Below, in pieces: positions 13,001 to 25,807 of a stretch of 64,000 bases of DNA. The stretch is from contig OX597818.1 in assembly GCA_951406725.2 (NCBI GenBank), forward strand, positions 107,818,001 through 107,882,000, in the 5' to 3' direction. Under the pieces are notes generated by a model, which worked only from the letters and a program-made list of their open reading frames with translations, ran no database searches and was not told where the DNA came from. This DNA is from Octopus vulgaris (Eukaryota). The translations under genes were made by a program, and so were the position numbers. Within the stretch, counting starts at the first letter, position 1, and every line of letters begins with the position of its first letter.

Positions 13001-13916
13001 ACAGTTTAAAATCTTTCAATTAATATTCTCTCAAACCCAACCTGAATGAGTTCATTCTAGCTCCAGTCAGTAAAGCTATCCTGCCCAGCATTCAAATAGA
13101 TCTTCCTTTTATACATATTAATATATTTATTATTCATCATCTCTTATAAGCCATCACTCAGTTCAGCAGTAAATTTCCATCATTTTATAGACATCTATTT
13201 TTTTTAAGTGTTTTTGTTGTTTCGGGTTCTTCCTTACTGTTGGATCATTCACTGTCTTATTCCTACACTAACTAAACAAGGAAGTCAGGCTAATTTTCCA
13301 AAATGTCTTATTTCTAAATCTGCATGCTATATAAAAAGCCTGTTTGCCTCCATACATCTAGATTAAATATCCAGACAATGCAGCCATCCATTATTATTTT
13401 TCTTCTTTTCTGTTGTTTTTGTTGCTTTTTAAACCTAGGTCAGCTCCTTTTTCCCCTTCAAAACTTATGATCAAAAGCTTTTTAGTCACGATCAGCCACA
13501 TTATTTCCCATTGTTTTAGATATTCTGTATTCAGGACTATATCATTCAATCATAATTCATTATTTCATCATACGTTCGTCGGATGTGAATTGAGGGAGAT
13601 TTGGCTGCTGTTTCTATCAGATTAACTCTCAGCAGAGAGGCTTCCTCAGTGATTCACTCTTTCTGCAATTGATAAAGCATTTTATTGCTCATTTGCAACT
13701 TCACTTACATGGAATTCAAAACAAAATCAATTTACGCCACACTTCAAATTGGTTTGCTACTCCTTCCGAACGCAGAACCAATTTCATTTCACATAAAACA
13801 CATAAAACAGTGTAACACAGATGCATAAACTTTGTAATCCATCTTCATAAATTCTAACCTCATCTTTCAGTAACATTTGATGTCCGTTTTCCATGCTGGC
13901 AGGGTTTGGATTACCT

Positions 13917-14029
<113 letters not shown>

Positions 14030-14151
14030 GTGAAATAGAAAGATGAATAATCTTGTGCAGATTAATCAAAAGTTTAACCGATACCTTGGTAGCAAAAATC
14101 ACAGCAAAAGAAAGCAGGGTTGGAGGTACCACCATATGGTGTTATGAATTT

Positions 14152-14199
<48 letters not shown>

Positions 14200-14237
14200 T
14201 ATATACATACATATTTATATATGTATGCATGCCAGTA

Positions 14238-15118
14238 TGAAGTGGTATCAAAAAGTTCCTGGTTTAGTTCTGTAGCATACCAATAGATGGCAGCGCACAG
14301 TTGGCTGCACAGTGAGAGCTAGCAGTGACCTTCATGAGGCAGTGTTCTGAGTGATGTGTTTACTTCACAAGTTGTGAAATTTCTGTTTTTGTAATCACCT
14401 GTATGCTGTAGTCTGCGATTTTGTCATCAACGTGAAATTTTGCGTTAAACTTGAGAAGTCTGCTACAGAGCCATTGTACATACTTTGGTAAGCTTATGGC
14501 AATGAGGCAATGGGTTGTACACAATGTTTTGAGTGGCAGAGGTGCTCCAAAAGCAGAAGAATATCCCTGGAAAACGATGTACAATCTGGAAAACCTACCA
14601 CAAGCATCACCCCTGGAAATCTGATATTGTGCATCGAGAATTCCTCCCCCAGGGCCAGACCATCAATCAAGAGTTCCACTGTGACATTTTGAAGAGGGAG
14701 GACATTCGGTGAAAGTGACCGGATTTGTGGAGCCCTAAGAATTGGCTTCTTCTGCACCCTGTCACCAAGCTCTCCTCACTCGTGAGTGTCTTGCTAAACA
14801 CAACATGGTATCACTTCCCCACCTGCCCCATTCACCAGATTTAGCACCTGTGGACTTCCATCTCTTCCCCAAGAGGAAAAGGCAGCTCAAAGGTTGTCAT
14901 TGTAACACTGTCGTTGAGATCAAGAGCAAATCACAGAAGGTCCTTCACTCACTTATGGGAAACGACTTCCAGGCTGGATTCCAAAAGTGGTAGCAATGCT
15001 AGGCCCAGTCTATAGCCGTGCAGGGCGACTATTTCAAAGGAGATAATGTAAAGACTTAGGTAGATAAGTTATTTTTTATTAAACATAACTAGTCTGGGAA
15101 CCTTTTGTTACCACCTCA
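14238..15118 (+). mobile_element. Mariner-like DNA transposon, internally deleted and pseudogenised
   Basis: ~30-bp imperfect TIRs, TA at 14236-37 and 15119-20; HTH part (KFCVKL..AYG..A..FEW..SGKP), EFLPQGQTIN, HSPDLAPVDFHLFP (YSPDLAPxD motif). Confidence 0.93.
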
Positions 15119-15909
15119 TATACGTGTATGTACGTATGTAAGCATGTATGTGTATAGATAGATAGATAGTTAGATAGATAGATAGACAGATAGATAGATA
15201 GATAGACACACACACACACACATATGGCCATACACACATGTTGTGTGGTGGGGTGTAGGGCCATCTTGACAGTATTCTAGGCCCCTGGGCAAAACAGTGC
15301 ACTGGGCTCTAGTTTTTGATAGCAAGCCACGACATACATAGATCAGAAATGGTCCTCTAGAACTGTTGGGCCCCTAGCAAAATATTTGGTTTAGATAAGT
15401 CTTAAGAAGCACAGCGTGTTTGTCCATGTCTGCATTTAAGTTTAGGATGAAAAAGGTGCTATTTTAAGGTTGCTTTATAATAAAAGTTCAACCAGGTGAT
15501 AGAGTTGGAAAACTTGGCCCTCCATTTCACAGCAAAAGTGTGGAATACACACATACATTTTTAGTCGTTTATATTTACTGTTTTGATCGGCTGTTCTATT
15601 TGTGTTCTATTTTATTTTATTCGGATATATTTTTACCTTCTGTGTTTTTATGTATATGTATTTTTTATGAGTTTAAGAACCATGGTGATTTTTATATGAT
15701 TAAATATCTGAGGTATGGTGTTATATAAAATGTTGTGGACTCAAATTTAATGTTTGTTCAATAACCAATGTTTCTTTATATATGCATGTATACATACACT
15801 TACACATATGCATACAAACACACCCACATAAATACATACGCCTATATGTATGTGTGTATGTCAGAGTGTGTGTGGTGGGAGTATCAGTATGTGTCCACAT
15901 CTGTATTAA

Positions 15910-16098
15910 TCTTTATATATAAAAGTCAAGTTGTGTGTCTGTCTCCTACGATTTAGATTCCTAACTACTCCCACATTTTGCGGTGCAGTTTAACCAAAAC
16001 CGAGTATCTTATAGTCATGATTCATATTGAGCCCTTCTGGGTATTAGCACGCGTCTATGATGAGTCTACGATTTAAAAACAAATTTACCATCTGCTAG
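15910..16098 (+). mobile_element. Short non-autonomous Helitron
   Basis: A|TCTTTATATATAAAAG 5' end and CTAG|T 3' end, no TSD; 5' end resembles that of 21641-22805. Confidence 0.65.
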
Positions 16099-16827
16099 TG
16101 TTTATCATATAAAATTAAGCTTTCTTAGCCATTTGGTAAACATAAGTCAATCTGCTAGTTCCACTGTGATCAGGCAAGACCATTAAAAGTTAAAGCTCAG
16201 CATTCCTACGGTCAAATAACTAGAACCAGTAAAAGAATAAGTGAACTAGATGGTCATATCTGGAAAACCTTTGATCATAGATGTGCTGAATCAGAGCAGA
16301 ACTTGGGTAAAACAACAAAACAACAACAAATATATTTAACAAAACTGTTACATTTGAGCAGTTTGTGCTGCAATTTTTCAACAAACCGGCCTATTATTTT
16401 GAATTATATTAATTTTATTTTCAAACAACATTTGTTTTCCAGGATGGGTGAATTAACAGAGAAAGTAGAATAGCATGCTGTAATCTTTATAATAATATAA
16501 ATTTGCTGCTACATGTCTCTCCATTCAAATACTTTTGTGATTAACTAAGTCTTTCATATCACTATAATCTATAATTGAATTGAAAATTACAAGCATTATA
16601 TATTTATATACTTGATTCAAGTATAGAGTACGTCCGGGTGTGTATGTATGTGTATTATATTCATACATACATATATATATATATATTTACTTATTTATAT
16701 ACACATATACATACATATGTATACAGATGTGTATATATACAAATGTATGCAAGTGTTTATGTTTGGATATATCTCTCTCTCTTTCTTTCTCTCTCTCTCT
16801 CTCTCTCTCTGTCTCACTCTCTCTCTC

Positions 16828-16858
<31 letters not shown>

Positions 16859-17112
16859 CTGTGTTCGTGTCAGTGTTTGTGTGTCCATATATGCGTGAGT
16901 TTATATTTTTGAATTAAGGTGCACAACATACAAGTACTTAGAACTCCATGTGTTCGTCATATTCTTCTCTGAAGAGAATTTAGCTTATTTACTTGTTGCC
17001 TCCCTCTTTCTCTCTCTCTCTCTCCCCCTCTCTCTCCCCTTCTCTATTTCACTCTCTACATTTACACACACGTACATTCATATATGCATATAAATGTGTG
17101 TGTATATGTATG

Positions 17113-17153
<41 letters not shown>

Positions 17154-17226
17154 ATAAGTGCATATGTATGTATGTATACGTGTATATATCTATCTATCTA
17201 TAGATACATATATATATATATATATA

Positions 17227-17562
17227 AAGGGTAAAGACCCCCTTCGGTCATGAATGACCATGGGATTGCACCTAGAAAGTTACCTTCCTAGACACAAGTC
17301 CGGGCAAGGTTGTTTATGGAAGACCAGCAGTCGCCCATGCATACAAGCCTCCCCTCTCCACGCCACCGATGTTATCCAAGGGAAAGACAAAGGTCGATAC
17401 AGCTTGGCACCTGTGACGTCGCAACTCATTTCTACAGCTGAGTGAACTGGAGCAACGTGAAAATAAAGTGCTTTGCTCAAGAACACAACACGCAGCCCGG
17501 ACCGGGATTCGAGCTCACAACCTCACGATCGTAAGCTCGACGCTCTAACCACTGAGCCACGC
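17227..17562 (-). mobile_element. Young tRNA-derived SINE (family D head)
   Basis: A box TGGCTCAGTGG, B box GCTCGAATCC, CpG-rich body; inserted in (TA)n. Confidence 0.88.
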
Positions 17563-17869
17563 GATATATATATATAACCACTCAGTACCTCTGTGGGTGC
17601 TGCTTCTTTTCTTGTGGAAGGAGGCCCAATGAAGAGCAGCTCAACCTAACTCACTACTCCACCCAAAAAGAGTGCAGAAAATAAGGTCAATCACATTGAA
17701 AGGCAGTGCTCCAGCATGGCCTTGGGCTCTGGCTGAAACGGTAAAAGATAAATGTTAAATGATCTATGTATTGGTCTCCCATGATCAATTTCTCCAAATG
17801 TTTTGTTTTTTCCTTATTTTTTTCCAATATTGTTTTGTTCTCGTCTTTTCTTTTTGAATATATTCTTTC

Positions 17870-18260
17870 TTTTTATTCTTCTTATCGTTTCAGTCACTTG
17901 ACTGCAGCCATGCTGGAGCACAACCTTTAGTCAAGCAAATCGACCCCACAACTTGTTCTTTGTAACTCTGCTACTTATTCTATCAGTCTCGGACTTTGTT
18001 TGCTGAACTGCTAATTTACAGGGACGTAAACACACCAGCATCTGTTATTAAGTGATAGTGGGGGAGGGACAAACACACACACACACACATATATATAGGA
18101 CAGGATTCTTTCAGTTTCCGTCTACCAAATTCACTCACAAGGTTTTGGTTGGCCCGAGGCTATAGTAGAAGATACTTGCCCAAGCTGCCACTCAGTGGGA
18201 CTGAACCCAGGACCATGTGGTTGGGATGCAAGCTACGTACCATGCAGCCACTCCTGCACC
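17870..18260 (-). mobile_element. SINE family A, full length
   Basis: Reverse complement of the 30351-30752 consensus including the central microsatellite. Confidence 0.85.
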
Positions 18261-18271
18261 TATATATATAT

Positions 18272-19085
18272 ATCAAAGACTAAGGTCTTAGAAAGCAAGA
18301 AAATGTACAGGACACGACTTTCTTCAGGTAAATGGCTCTGCTCGATATGTAGGAATTCCATATGGTATCCCCAGCTTTGGACACACAAGAGTTGCAGTGG
18401 AATAATAGGAAAATGATCAGAAAAAGTAGTGTTCATATGTGGAAAATGCATAGGAGCCACAAAGCTACAAAAACACTTGGCGAGAAGATTTTCTCAAATG
18501 CCCCAGAGACTCATTAGAAGTAGTGAACAATTTTTGCTACCAAATCGGATAGAGAAACTGTACAAAAAATGTAATAGCTAGAATAAGAATAGGATGGAGA
18601 AAATTCAGAAGGCTTTTACTTGTGTTGGCAAGCAAAGGTCTGTCTCTCCAAATGAAAGGAAGATTGTATGATGCATGTATCGCAGAAACAACTTTACCTG
18701 GTTGTGGTGGAATGGGCCCTGAATACAAAGGACTTGCAAAAGCTAGAGAAGAAGGATGCCAATATACACTGCTGGATGTGCAATGTCAGTGTACATGTGT
18801 AACAGAGCACTAGTGTGTTGAGAGAAAAGTTAGGCATGAGAGGAATTAGATGCATTGTGCAAGCGAGAAGCTGACTGTGCTGGTTTGGTCATGTGATGGG
18901 GATGGATGTAGACAGCTCTATAAAGAAGTACTGATCACTCAAAGCGGATGGAACTCGTGGAAGAGAGAGACCCAGGAAGACATAGAATAGAGTATTGATG
19001 GATGACCTCAGTAAACTGACCTTTACAGAGGCGGTGACAAAGGGCCAAGATATCTGATGCCTTGCCATAGCCAAGAAGATCCTTC
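18272..19085 (+). mobile_element. RTE-clade LINE, RT C-terminal fragment with Cys-rich insert
   Basis: KTKVL, SGKWLCSIC..WTHKSC..FICGKC, LEVVNNFCY, RIRIGWRKF, LKGRLYDAC-like, WFGHV, GRERP; stops and frameshifts. Confidence 0.88.
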
Positions 19086-19451
19086 CTCCACAGCAGAACT
19101 GTTAACACTGCTCCCCTTTGTGAAGAGGGTTGAATTTGATTTTGAATTTGATTGAACCTGTTTTATAAGTTGTAATTCATAATTTATGATTATTCATCAA
19201 TGTCGATTATGAATCACAGAAACAATTCTAATAGATATGAAATAAGCAAAATACCAATTCCATGCTGTCTGTTATTCTTCCAGACTAGATGTGCTCTTCA
19301 GAGTATGTAATAGCCCTATACTGGATGCATGTCCCATTACCAAATTTCGCAGCAGAGGGAATTGAACATGGATGCTATCAAGAGCCACAAGCAATATGGC
19401 AACTTGTGCAACTAGCACACTCATTTCCACTCACATGCATGAATGCATATA

Positions 19452-19890
19452 TCATCATCACCATCATCGTTTAACATCAGTTTTCCATGCTGGCATGGGT
19501 TGGACGGTTTGACTGAGGTTTGAAGGGCCAGCAGCTGCACCAGGCTCCATTCTGATCTGGCAATGTTTTTACAGCTGGATGCCCTTCCTAATGCCAACCA
19601 TTCCAAGAGTGTAGTGGGAGCTTTTTATGTGCCACCAGCACAGGAGTCAGTCAGGGGACACTGGCATCTACCACATTTGGATGGGGCACTGTATGTGCCG
19701 TGGCACGGGGGCCAGTCAGGTGGTCCTGGCATCAACCACATTCAGATAGTGCTTTTAACATGCCACCAACACAGGAGCCAGTCAGGGGCCACTGGCATTG
19801 ACCATATTTGGATGATGCATTTTATGTGCCACTGGAATGGGAGCCAGTCAGGGGCCACTGCCACAGCTGTGATTTTGGTTTTACTTGACT
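19452..19890 (-). mobile_element. Family C repeat with ~4 internal tandem units
   Basis: catcatcgtttaac...ctggatgcccttcctaatgccaacc followed by repeated gtgccac..gggccagtcagg units. Confidence 0.85.
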
Positions 19891-21042
19891 CAACATATGA
19901 TTACATACATCTTCATGCTCATACAAATCAAAATACATGCACACACATATGTACATGCATGTATTGACTAAAACTACATTTATGTGACTCTACTCCAGTT
20001 TTATCATTTTCATACGGATCTTTCTTTTTCCCTAATTGTTCTTCATATTGTTTGGAAGAATAATGTCTTCTATCTATTAAGTTTTTATATGCTTCCAGTA
20101 TTACCTGAAGAGGTCATTAATGGAATTTGCAGCTGCTTTTATTGCAGGAAATAATTACAGGAGCTGTATTGCATATGAGTGAATTCAACAGGTTAAGGTT
20201 ATCTGTGAAAATATTCTTTAATAATCAATAGTTATGGTAAACATGCCAGTGACTCAACCACGCCATTTTCTTCAATATCATTTTGTGATCATTTACATTA
20301 AAATATTTTCTAAAAGACCAACGATAAATTCAAATATTTACATGAAGACTATTACAGAGCATATTGATGTAAGATCAATTCTAAAATCTCTTCTCAGAAT
20401 AACTTCCTCAAATAAAGCACCACAAAAAGAAATTTATTGACTAAAACAATACCAGTCACTAATAGACATACAAATAATTTAGGAGAGTAAACTATAGAAC
20501 AGCACAAAAAAAAAAACTTATTCAGTACAATACATACAATAGACAAATTACTAAAGAAGTAATAAATAACTGATAAAGTGTATTCGATGAACCAAATAAC
20601 ACGTTGCTGATACAATAGACCGAGAGACCCATTAAAAACAAAAAAAAAACACAAAAGAAGACACATTAAACAAAACACAACATGCACTGCACCCAGTCCT
20701 AAGCTGACATTAATAATATAAGGCAGTGAATGTGTTTCCGATGACCAAGGCAGTTTAGAAATTCATCTTTAAACAAGGATGTTGTAAACTTTATGACATC
20801 CACTGTTGTTACATTGGTCACATAATTATGAGACGTAAATCACCTGACAATAAAGCCTGAGACAGAAAACTTTGGTCATATATATGGATTTAACATGACA
20901 ATAAAAACTTGGATAAAGATTAATTGATGGAATAATGATCTTCTGTGAAATTCTATACTCTCTCACGAAAAAAAATTTTCAGTCATATTTTCTAATATAC
21001 TATGGCATTAAAATAATACAACAAAAATTCTAACATACATAG

Positions 21043-21190
21043 ATGCAGGCGTGGCTGTGTGGTAAAAAGATTGCTTCACAACCATATGGTTCCAGGTTCA
21101 ATCCTGCTGCATAGCACTTTGGGAAATTGTCTTCTAATGTAACCACAGGCTGACTAAAGCCTTGTGAGTGGAAACTGAAAGAAAACCATC
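21043..21190 (+). mobile_element. SINE family A, 5' half
   Basis: gcaggcgtggctgtgtggtaa...ggttcaatcc...aaagccttgtgagtgg. Confidence 0.8.
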
Positions 21191-21199
21191 ATATATATA

Positions 21200-21590
21200 T
21201 ATCATCTTTTAACGTCTATTTTCCATGCTAGCATCGATTGGACAGTTTGACCGAGGTCTGGGAAGCCAGAACGCTGCACCAGGCTCCAGTCTGATCTGGC
21301 AGTGTTTCTACAGCTGGATGCCCTTCCCAACACCAACCACTCCGTGAGTGTAGTAGGTGCTTTTTGCGTGCCACAAGCACAGGGGCCAGAGGAGGCTGGC
21401 AAACGGCCGCAATCTGGTGCTCTTTATGTGTCACCTGCATGGATGCCAGTCAAGGCGACGCCAGCATCAGCCACGTTCGGATGGTGCTTTTTACATGCTA
21501 CCGGCATGGGTATCACAACTACAATTTCCATTGATTTTTATTTTGATGTTGATGTACTTGACTCAATAGGTCTCCTCAAGCACAGCAGGC
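21200..21590 (-). mobile_element. Family C repeat
   Basis: Same conserved tail as 10490-10793, reverse orientation. Confidence 0.85.
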
Positions 21591-21640
21591 CATATATATG
21601 TGTACATACATACATGCATACATATATATATATATATACA

Positions 21641-22805
21641 CTAGCATTAAAGACCCGTCGTTGCTGGGTCATAGTACTAGTGCATGTATATATGTGTATA
21701 TATATGTGTACATATTACATGTACATCTATATATATATACATCTACACATAAAATACAAAATTCAAAGTTATATCTTGATATTGCTAGTGATAACAATAA
21801 TCAAAATATATAACAGACTGGAATTGTTAGCCCATCTCTTGTAATTTCGATCAATTGCATCTTGTCCTCCCTCTTGTATAGAAGTGTGGCTACAATCCAG
21901 CCTACCTCTACTTCTGGCGGGGTGCATTTTAAACTTTTTTCCGGGACGTCCTACGTCCCAGATATAAAGGTAAAAATAAAATATTTCCACTTTGCAAGTT
22001 CGAGTCGAGTACTCCCTTGCACGCTCCGTTGACTCGAACCTTGCTTCTATTGTGGCGAATTTACCGCCTCTGATTAGATACCTTTCATAGTCGCACCAAG
22101 ACACTTTTCGAAGGTGCTTTCCTCCATGTGTTCAAATCTTTTTTCTCTACATTGTATACTTTATAGACAATAGTCTTTACTTTAATTTAATTTTTTATTA
22201 TCCATCTGGACTATTCCATTTCTGCACGCTAATTTTATTTTTAATTTATTCCCATTCATGTGAAACCACTTATTCAAGTTCAAATCATTGATGCAATTTT
22301 ATACCAATTGCTATTTTTACTTTTTTTTTATGTTACGCTTATATTATACTTTAGTTTGATTTTAATTATTACTTACTACATATAATTCAATTGTTATTAT
22401 TATTTTTATTGTTAAAGTGAACGTATCTGACATAAAATAGAGAAATGGTTTTGTTTCACTTTTAACACGTAATACTGAAATAGTGGAGAAGATATGATAT
22501 TGCTATGGGCTCGCTCTAGGGAAGAAGTTGAACATTTTTTTGCCCATGAAACTACATGGGCCCTAAGTAAAGCATGTGTAAAATTTGAATGAAATTGGTT
22601 GTGTAGTTCTCAAGTTTTAGGGAATCGTAGTGGAGAATATATGATACTAGGCAAAAAGTTAAAAAATGTTTTTTTGCCGATGACACTCCCCGGACTCTAA
22701 GTAAGGCATGTGTAAAATTTGAATGAAATTGGTTGAGTAGTTCTCAAGTTTTAGGGAAACACACAGACAGACAGACACACGTTCTCAGTTTTATATATAT
22801 AAAGA
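21641..22805 (-). mobile_element. Non-autonomous Helitron with internal duplication and captured coding fragment
   Basis: Minus strand: A|TC start at 22805, subterminal hairpin gaccc-agcaacgac-gggtc and CTAG|T end at 21641; direct repeat 22480-22622 / 22628-22756. Confidence 0.85.
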
Positions 22806-22811
22806 TGATGA

Positions 22812-23458
22812 GGCGCAGGAATGGCTGTGTGGTAAGTAGCTTGCTTACCAGCCACATGGTTCTGAGTTCAGTCCCACTGCATAGCACCATGGGCAAGCAT
22901 CTTCTACTATAGCCTCAGGCTGATCAAAGCCTTGTGAGTGGATTTGGTAGACAGAAACTGAAAGAAACCCATCGTGTATATATATATATAATATATTAAT
23001 AAATAAAACATATGCATATATATATACATATATGTACGTACCTACCTCTACATGTATATATACACGCATATATGAGTACAGGACACCAAAAAAAACGTTG
23101 AACACAATGAGAAACGAAAACATAGACACAAACCCAAGGAACTGGACATTTTTCTTAAACAACAAAAAAATAGAGTACAGGACAAATAACACAAGGAAAA
23201 AACCCCTTCTTCAGTCGCCATGGTTTCATCTACTCTACGTTTCGAAGGTGAAGGCGAGACGTATCTTCGAAAGAAACTTTCCTTCCTGCGAAAAGCAAAT
23301 CAAATAAAATTTGAGATCTTTTTGCAGAGGGGTAAAAATGGTAACAAAACCAGGACAGTAATGACAGTACAAAATATAAGCAGTAAAAGACAGGACAAGG
23401 AAAATAACAAGACAAGAAGGGCTGTTAGCCGAACGAAAAAAAGTGTTACGAACATATA

Positions 23459-23516
<58 letters not shown>

Positions 23517-23527
23517 ACATGTATATA

Positions 23528-23576
<49 letters not shown>

Positions 23577-23790
23577 GTATATGTTTGTGTGTTTGTGTTT
23601 GTCCCCCCCACCCAACGTCACTTGACAACTGATACTGGTGTGTTTATGTCCTCGTAACTTAGCGGTTCGGCAAAAGAGACCGATAGAATAAGTACTAGGC
23701 TTACAAAGAATAAGTCCTGGGGTTAATTTGCTCGACTAAAAGGCAGTGCACCAGCATGGCAGCAGTCAAATGACTGAAACAAATAAAAAA
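22812..23790 (+). mobile_element. SINE family A interrupted in its central microsatellite by an insert (~23075-23452)
   Basis: 5' half 22812-22975 and 3' half 23585-23790 are colinear with the consensus. Confidence 0.85.
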
Positions 23791-24032
23791 AATAAAAGAA
23801 TATATATATGTATGTATGCAGTTTCAGACTTAGGCCCTGTGCTAGTTAAGTTATGAAGCCCCTTACTTGTACAGGGCCCTTTCCTCAGGGACACTATAAT
23901 GGGCCCTTGGTCAATGGGTCCCTGTGCTTAAGTACACCTTAGTACAATGGTAAATTCGGTACAGTATATATATATATATATATATATATATTGGGTCATC
24001 CCATAAATAATGTAGTTTTTTTATATGTCTTT

Positions 24033-24235
24033 TCATCATCATCATCGTTTAACATCCGCTTTCCATGCTGACATGGGTTGGACAATTTGACTGAGGACTG
24101 GTGAACCAAATGGCTGCACCAGGCTCCAATCTGATGTGGCAGAGTTTCTACAGCTGGATGCTCTTCTTAACGCCAACCACTCCGTGAGTGTCGTGGGTGC
24201 ATTTTACATGCCACCTGCACAAGAGCCAGTCAGGT
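24033..24235 (-). mobile_element. Family C repeat
   Basis: Conserved tail sequence. Confidence 0.85.
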
Positions 24236-24609
24236 GATTTTTCAAAATTAAGATAAACTTCTTTTGTAATCTGAAATATACTCACCTTCAGGTATACTCC
24301 CCCCACACGCATGCACACATATGTACACCACACACATGTACACATACACACACACACACACATAGACAAACATATACAAATGCGTAAAATTAAAAGAATC
24401 CGGGCAGATATATTTTTCAACATTATGTGTTCGTGCATGTGTGTGTATGTGAGTGTGTACGTATGTGTGTGTGCATGTGTATGTGTGTGTTTGTGACTGT
24501 GCATGTGTGTGTGTGTGTGTGCATGTGTGTGTATGTGAGTATGTGTGTATGTATGTGTGTGTGTGTGTATGATCTTTCATCATTTTCTTGTTTCATCTTT
24601 TACTTGGAC

Positions 24610-24945
24610 TGTGGCAAGTGTCTCCTACTATCGCCTCAGTCTGACCAAAACCTTCTTAGGGAATTTAGGACACAGAAACTGAAAGAAGCCTATCATGCGT
24701 GTGCATGTGTGTGTTTGCACCCCCCCCCCCACCACCACTTGACAACTAGTGTTACTGTTTTTATGTACCCGTAACTTAGTGGCTCAGCAAAAGAGATTGA
24801 TGGAGTAAGTATCAGGCTTTACCAGGCTTTACAAAAAATAATGAGTACTGGGATCAATTCATTCAGCTAAAAATTCTTAAAGGTGATACTCCAGCATGGC
24901 CACAGCATGAGGACAGAAACAATTGGAAGATAAAAGATAAAAGAT
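24610..24945 (+). mobile_element. SINE family A, 5'-truncated
   Basis: ggcaagtgtc...gaaactgaaagaagcc...aacttag...ccagcatggcc. Confidence 0.75.
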
Positions 24946-24991
24946 GGATGAGGTGGATAGAAATAGAGTCAGACCGACAGCTAGATAGATG

Positions 24992-25300
24992 AATCATCAT
25001 CATCATCATTGTTGTCATTTAGCGTCTGCTTTCCATGCTGGCATGGGTTGGACGGTTTGACTGAGGACTGGCAAGCCAGAAGGGTGCACCAGGCTCCAAT
25101 CTGATCTGGCAAAGTTTCTACAGCTTGATGCCCTTCCTGAGGCCAACCACTCCGAGAATGTAGTGGGTGTTTTTTACTTGCCACCAGCATGAGTACTGGC
25201 ATCAACCACGCCTGAATGGTATATTTTATGTGCCACCAGCTCGAATGGTGCTCTTTACATGCCACCGGCACAGGAGCTAGTCAGGTGGTACTGGCAACAA
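24992..25300 (-). mobile_element. Family C repeat
   Basis: Conserved tail sequence. Confidence 0.85.
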
Positions 25301-25415
25301 CCATGCAACATATATCTATATACATATGTAGTTCAAATTTACAGAAAAAAAAGACAAAAACAGGTATAGGAATAACAAGCAGGTGTATTAGTTTAATGGG
25401 AAAAAATAGAAAAGT

Positions 25416-25451
25416 CTTTTATATTTTGAGCCTATGCTCTTCATCAGAAAG
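25416..25451 (-). ncRNA. Decayed minimal type I hammerhead ribozyme in a short repeat (25326-25510)
   Basis: Minus strand: CUUU CUGAUGA A GAGC auag GCUC AAAAU AUA AAAG; stems I and II pair perfectly; departures from GAAAC-GUA are CpG-type changes. Confidence 0.6.
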
Positions 25452-25513
25452 GTTTAAGAGGAAAAGGGGAGAGAGTAAAACTGTGCAGAGTTCAAGAGTC
25501 CAAGATAGCTAGA

Positions 25514-25574
<61 letters not shown>

Positions 25575-25746
25575 GAATATTAATTCTCTGAGCGAGAAGT
25601 AAGACTAGAGATGGGAACAATGATTTCCCCTTGCAAATACTAATCGGACACAGACAATGTGTCATTAGCCAGCTGGAGGAGATGTCTTCCTGAGGCTAAA
25701 AACTACAGTAGCATCGTCCTCTATGGGACTGCCAAATTTAGTTGGC

Positions 25747-25807
<61 letters not shown>

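Noticed and set aside
17490-17562. tRNA-like sequence (also 43065-43130, 34290-34357, 30351-30420)
   Set aside because: A/B boxes are present, but they run into SINE bodies with no proper acceptor stem or terminator; SINE heads
24281-24300. Strong minus-strand donor GAAG|GTGAGT
   Set aside because: The upstream sequence is microsatellite with no acceptor
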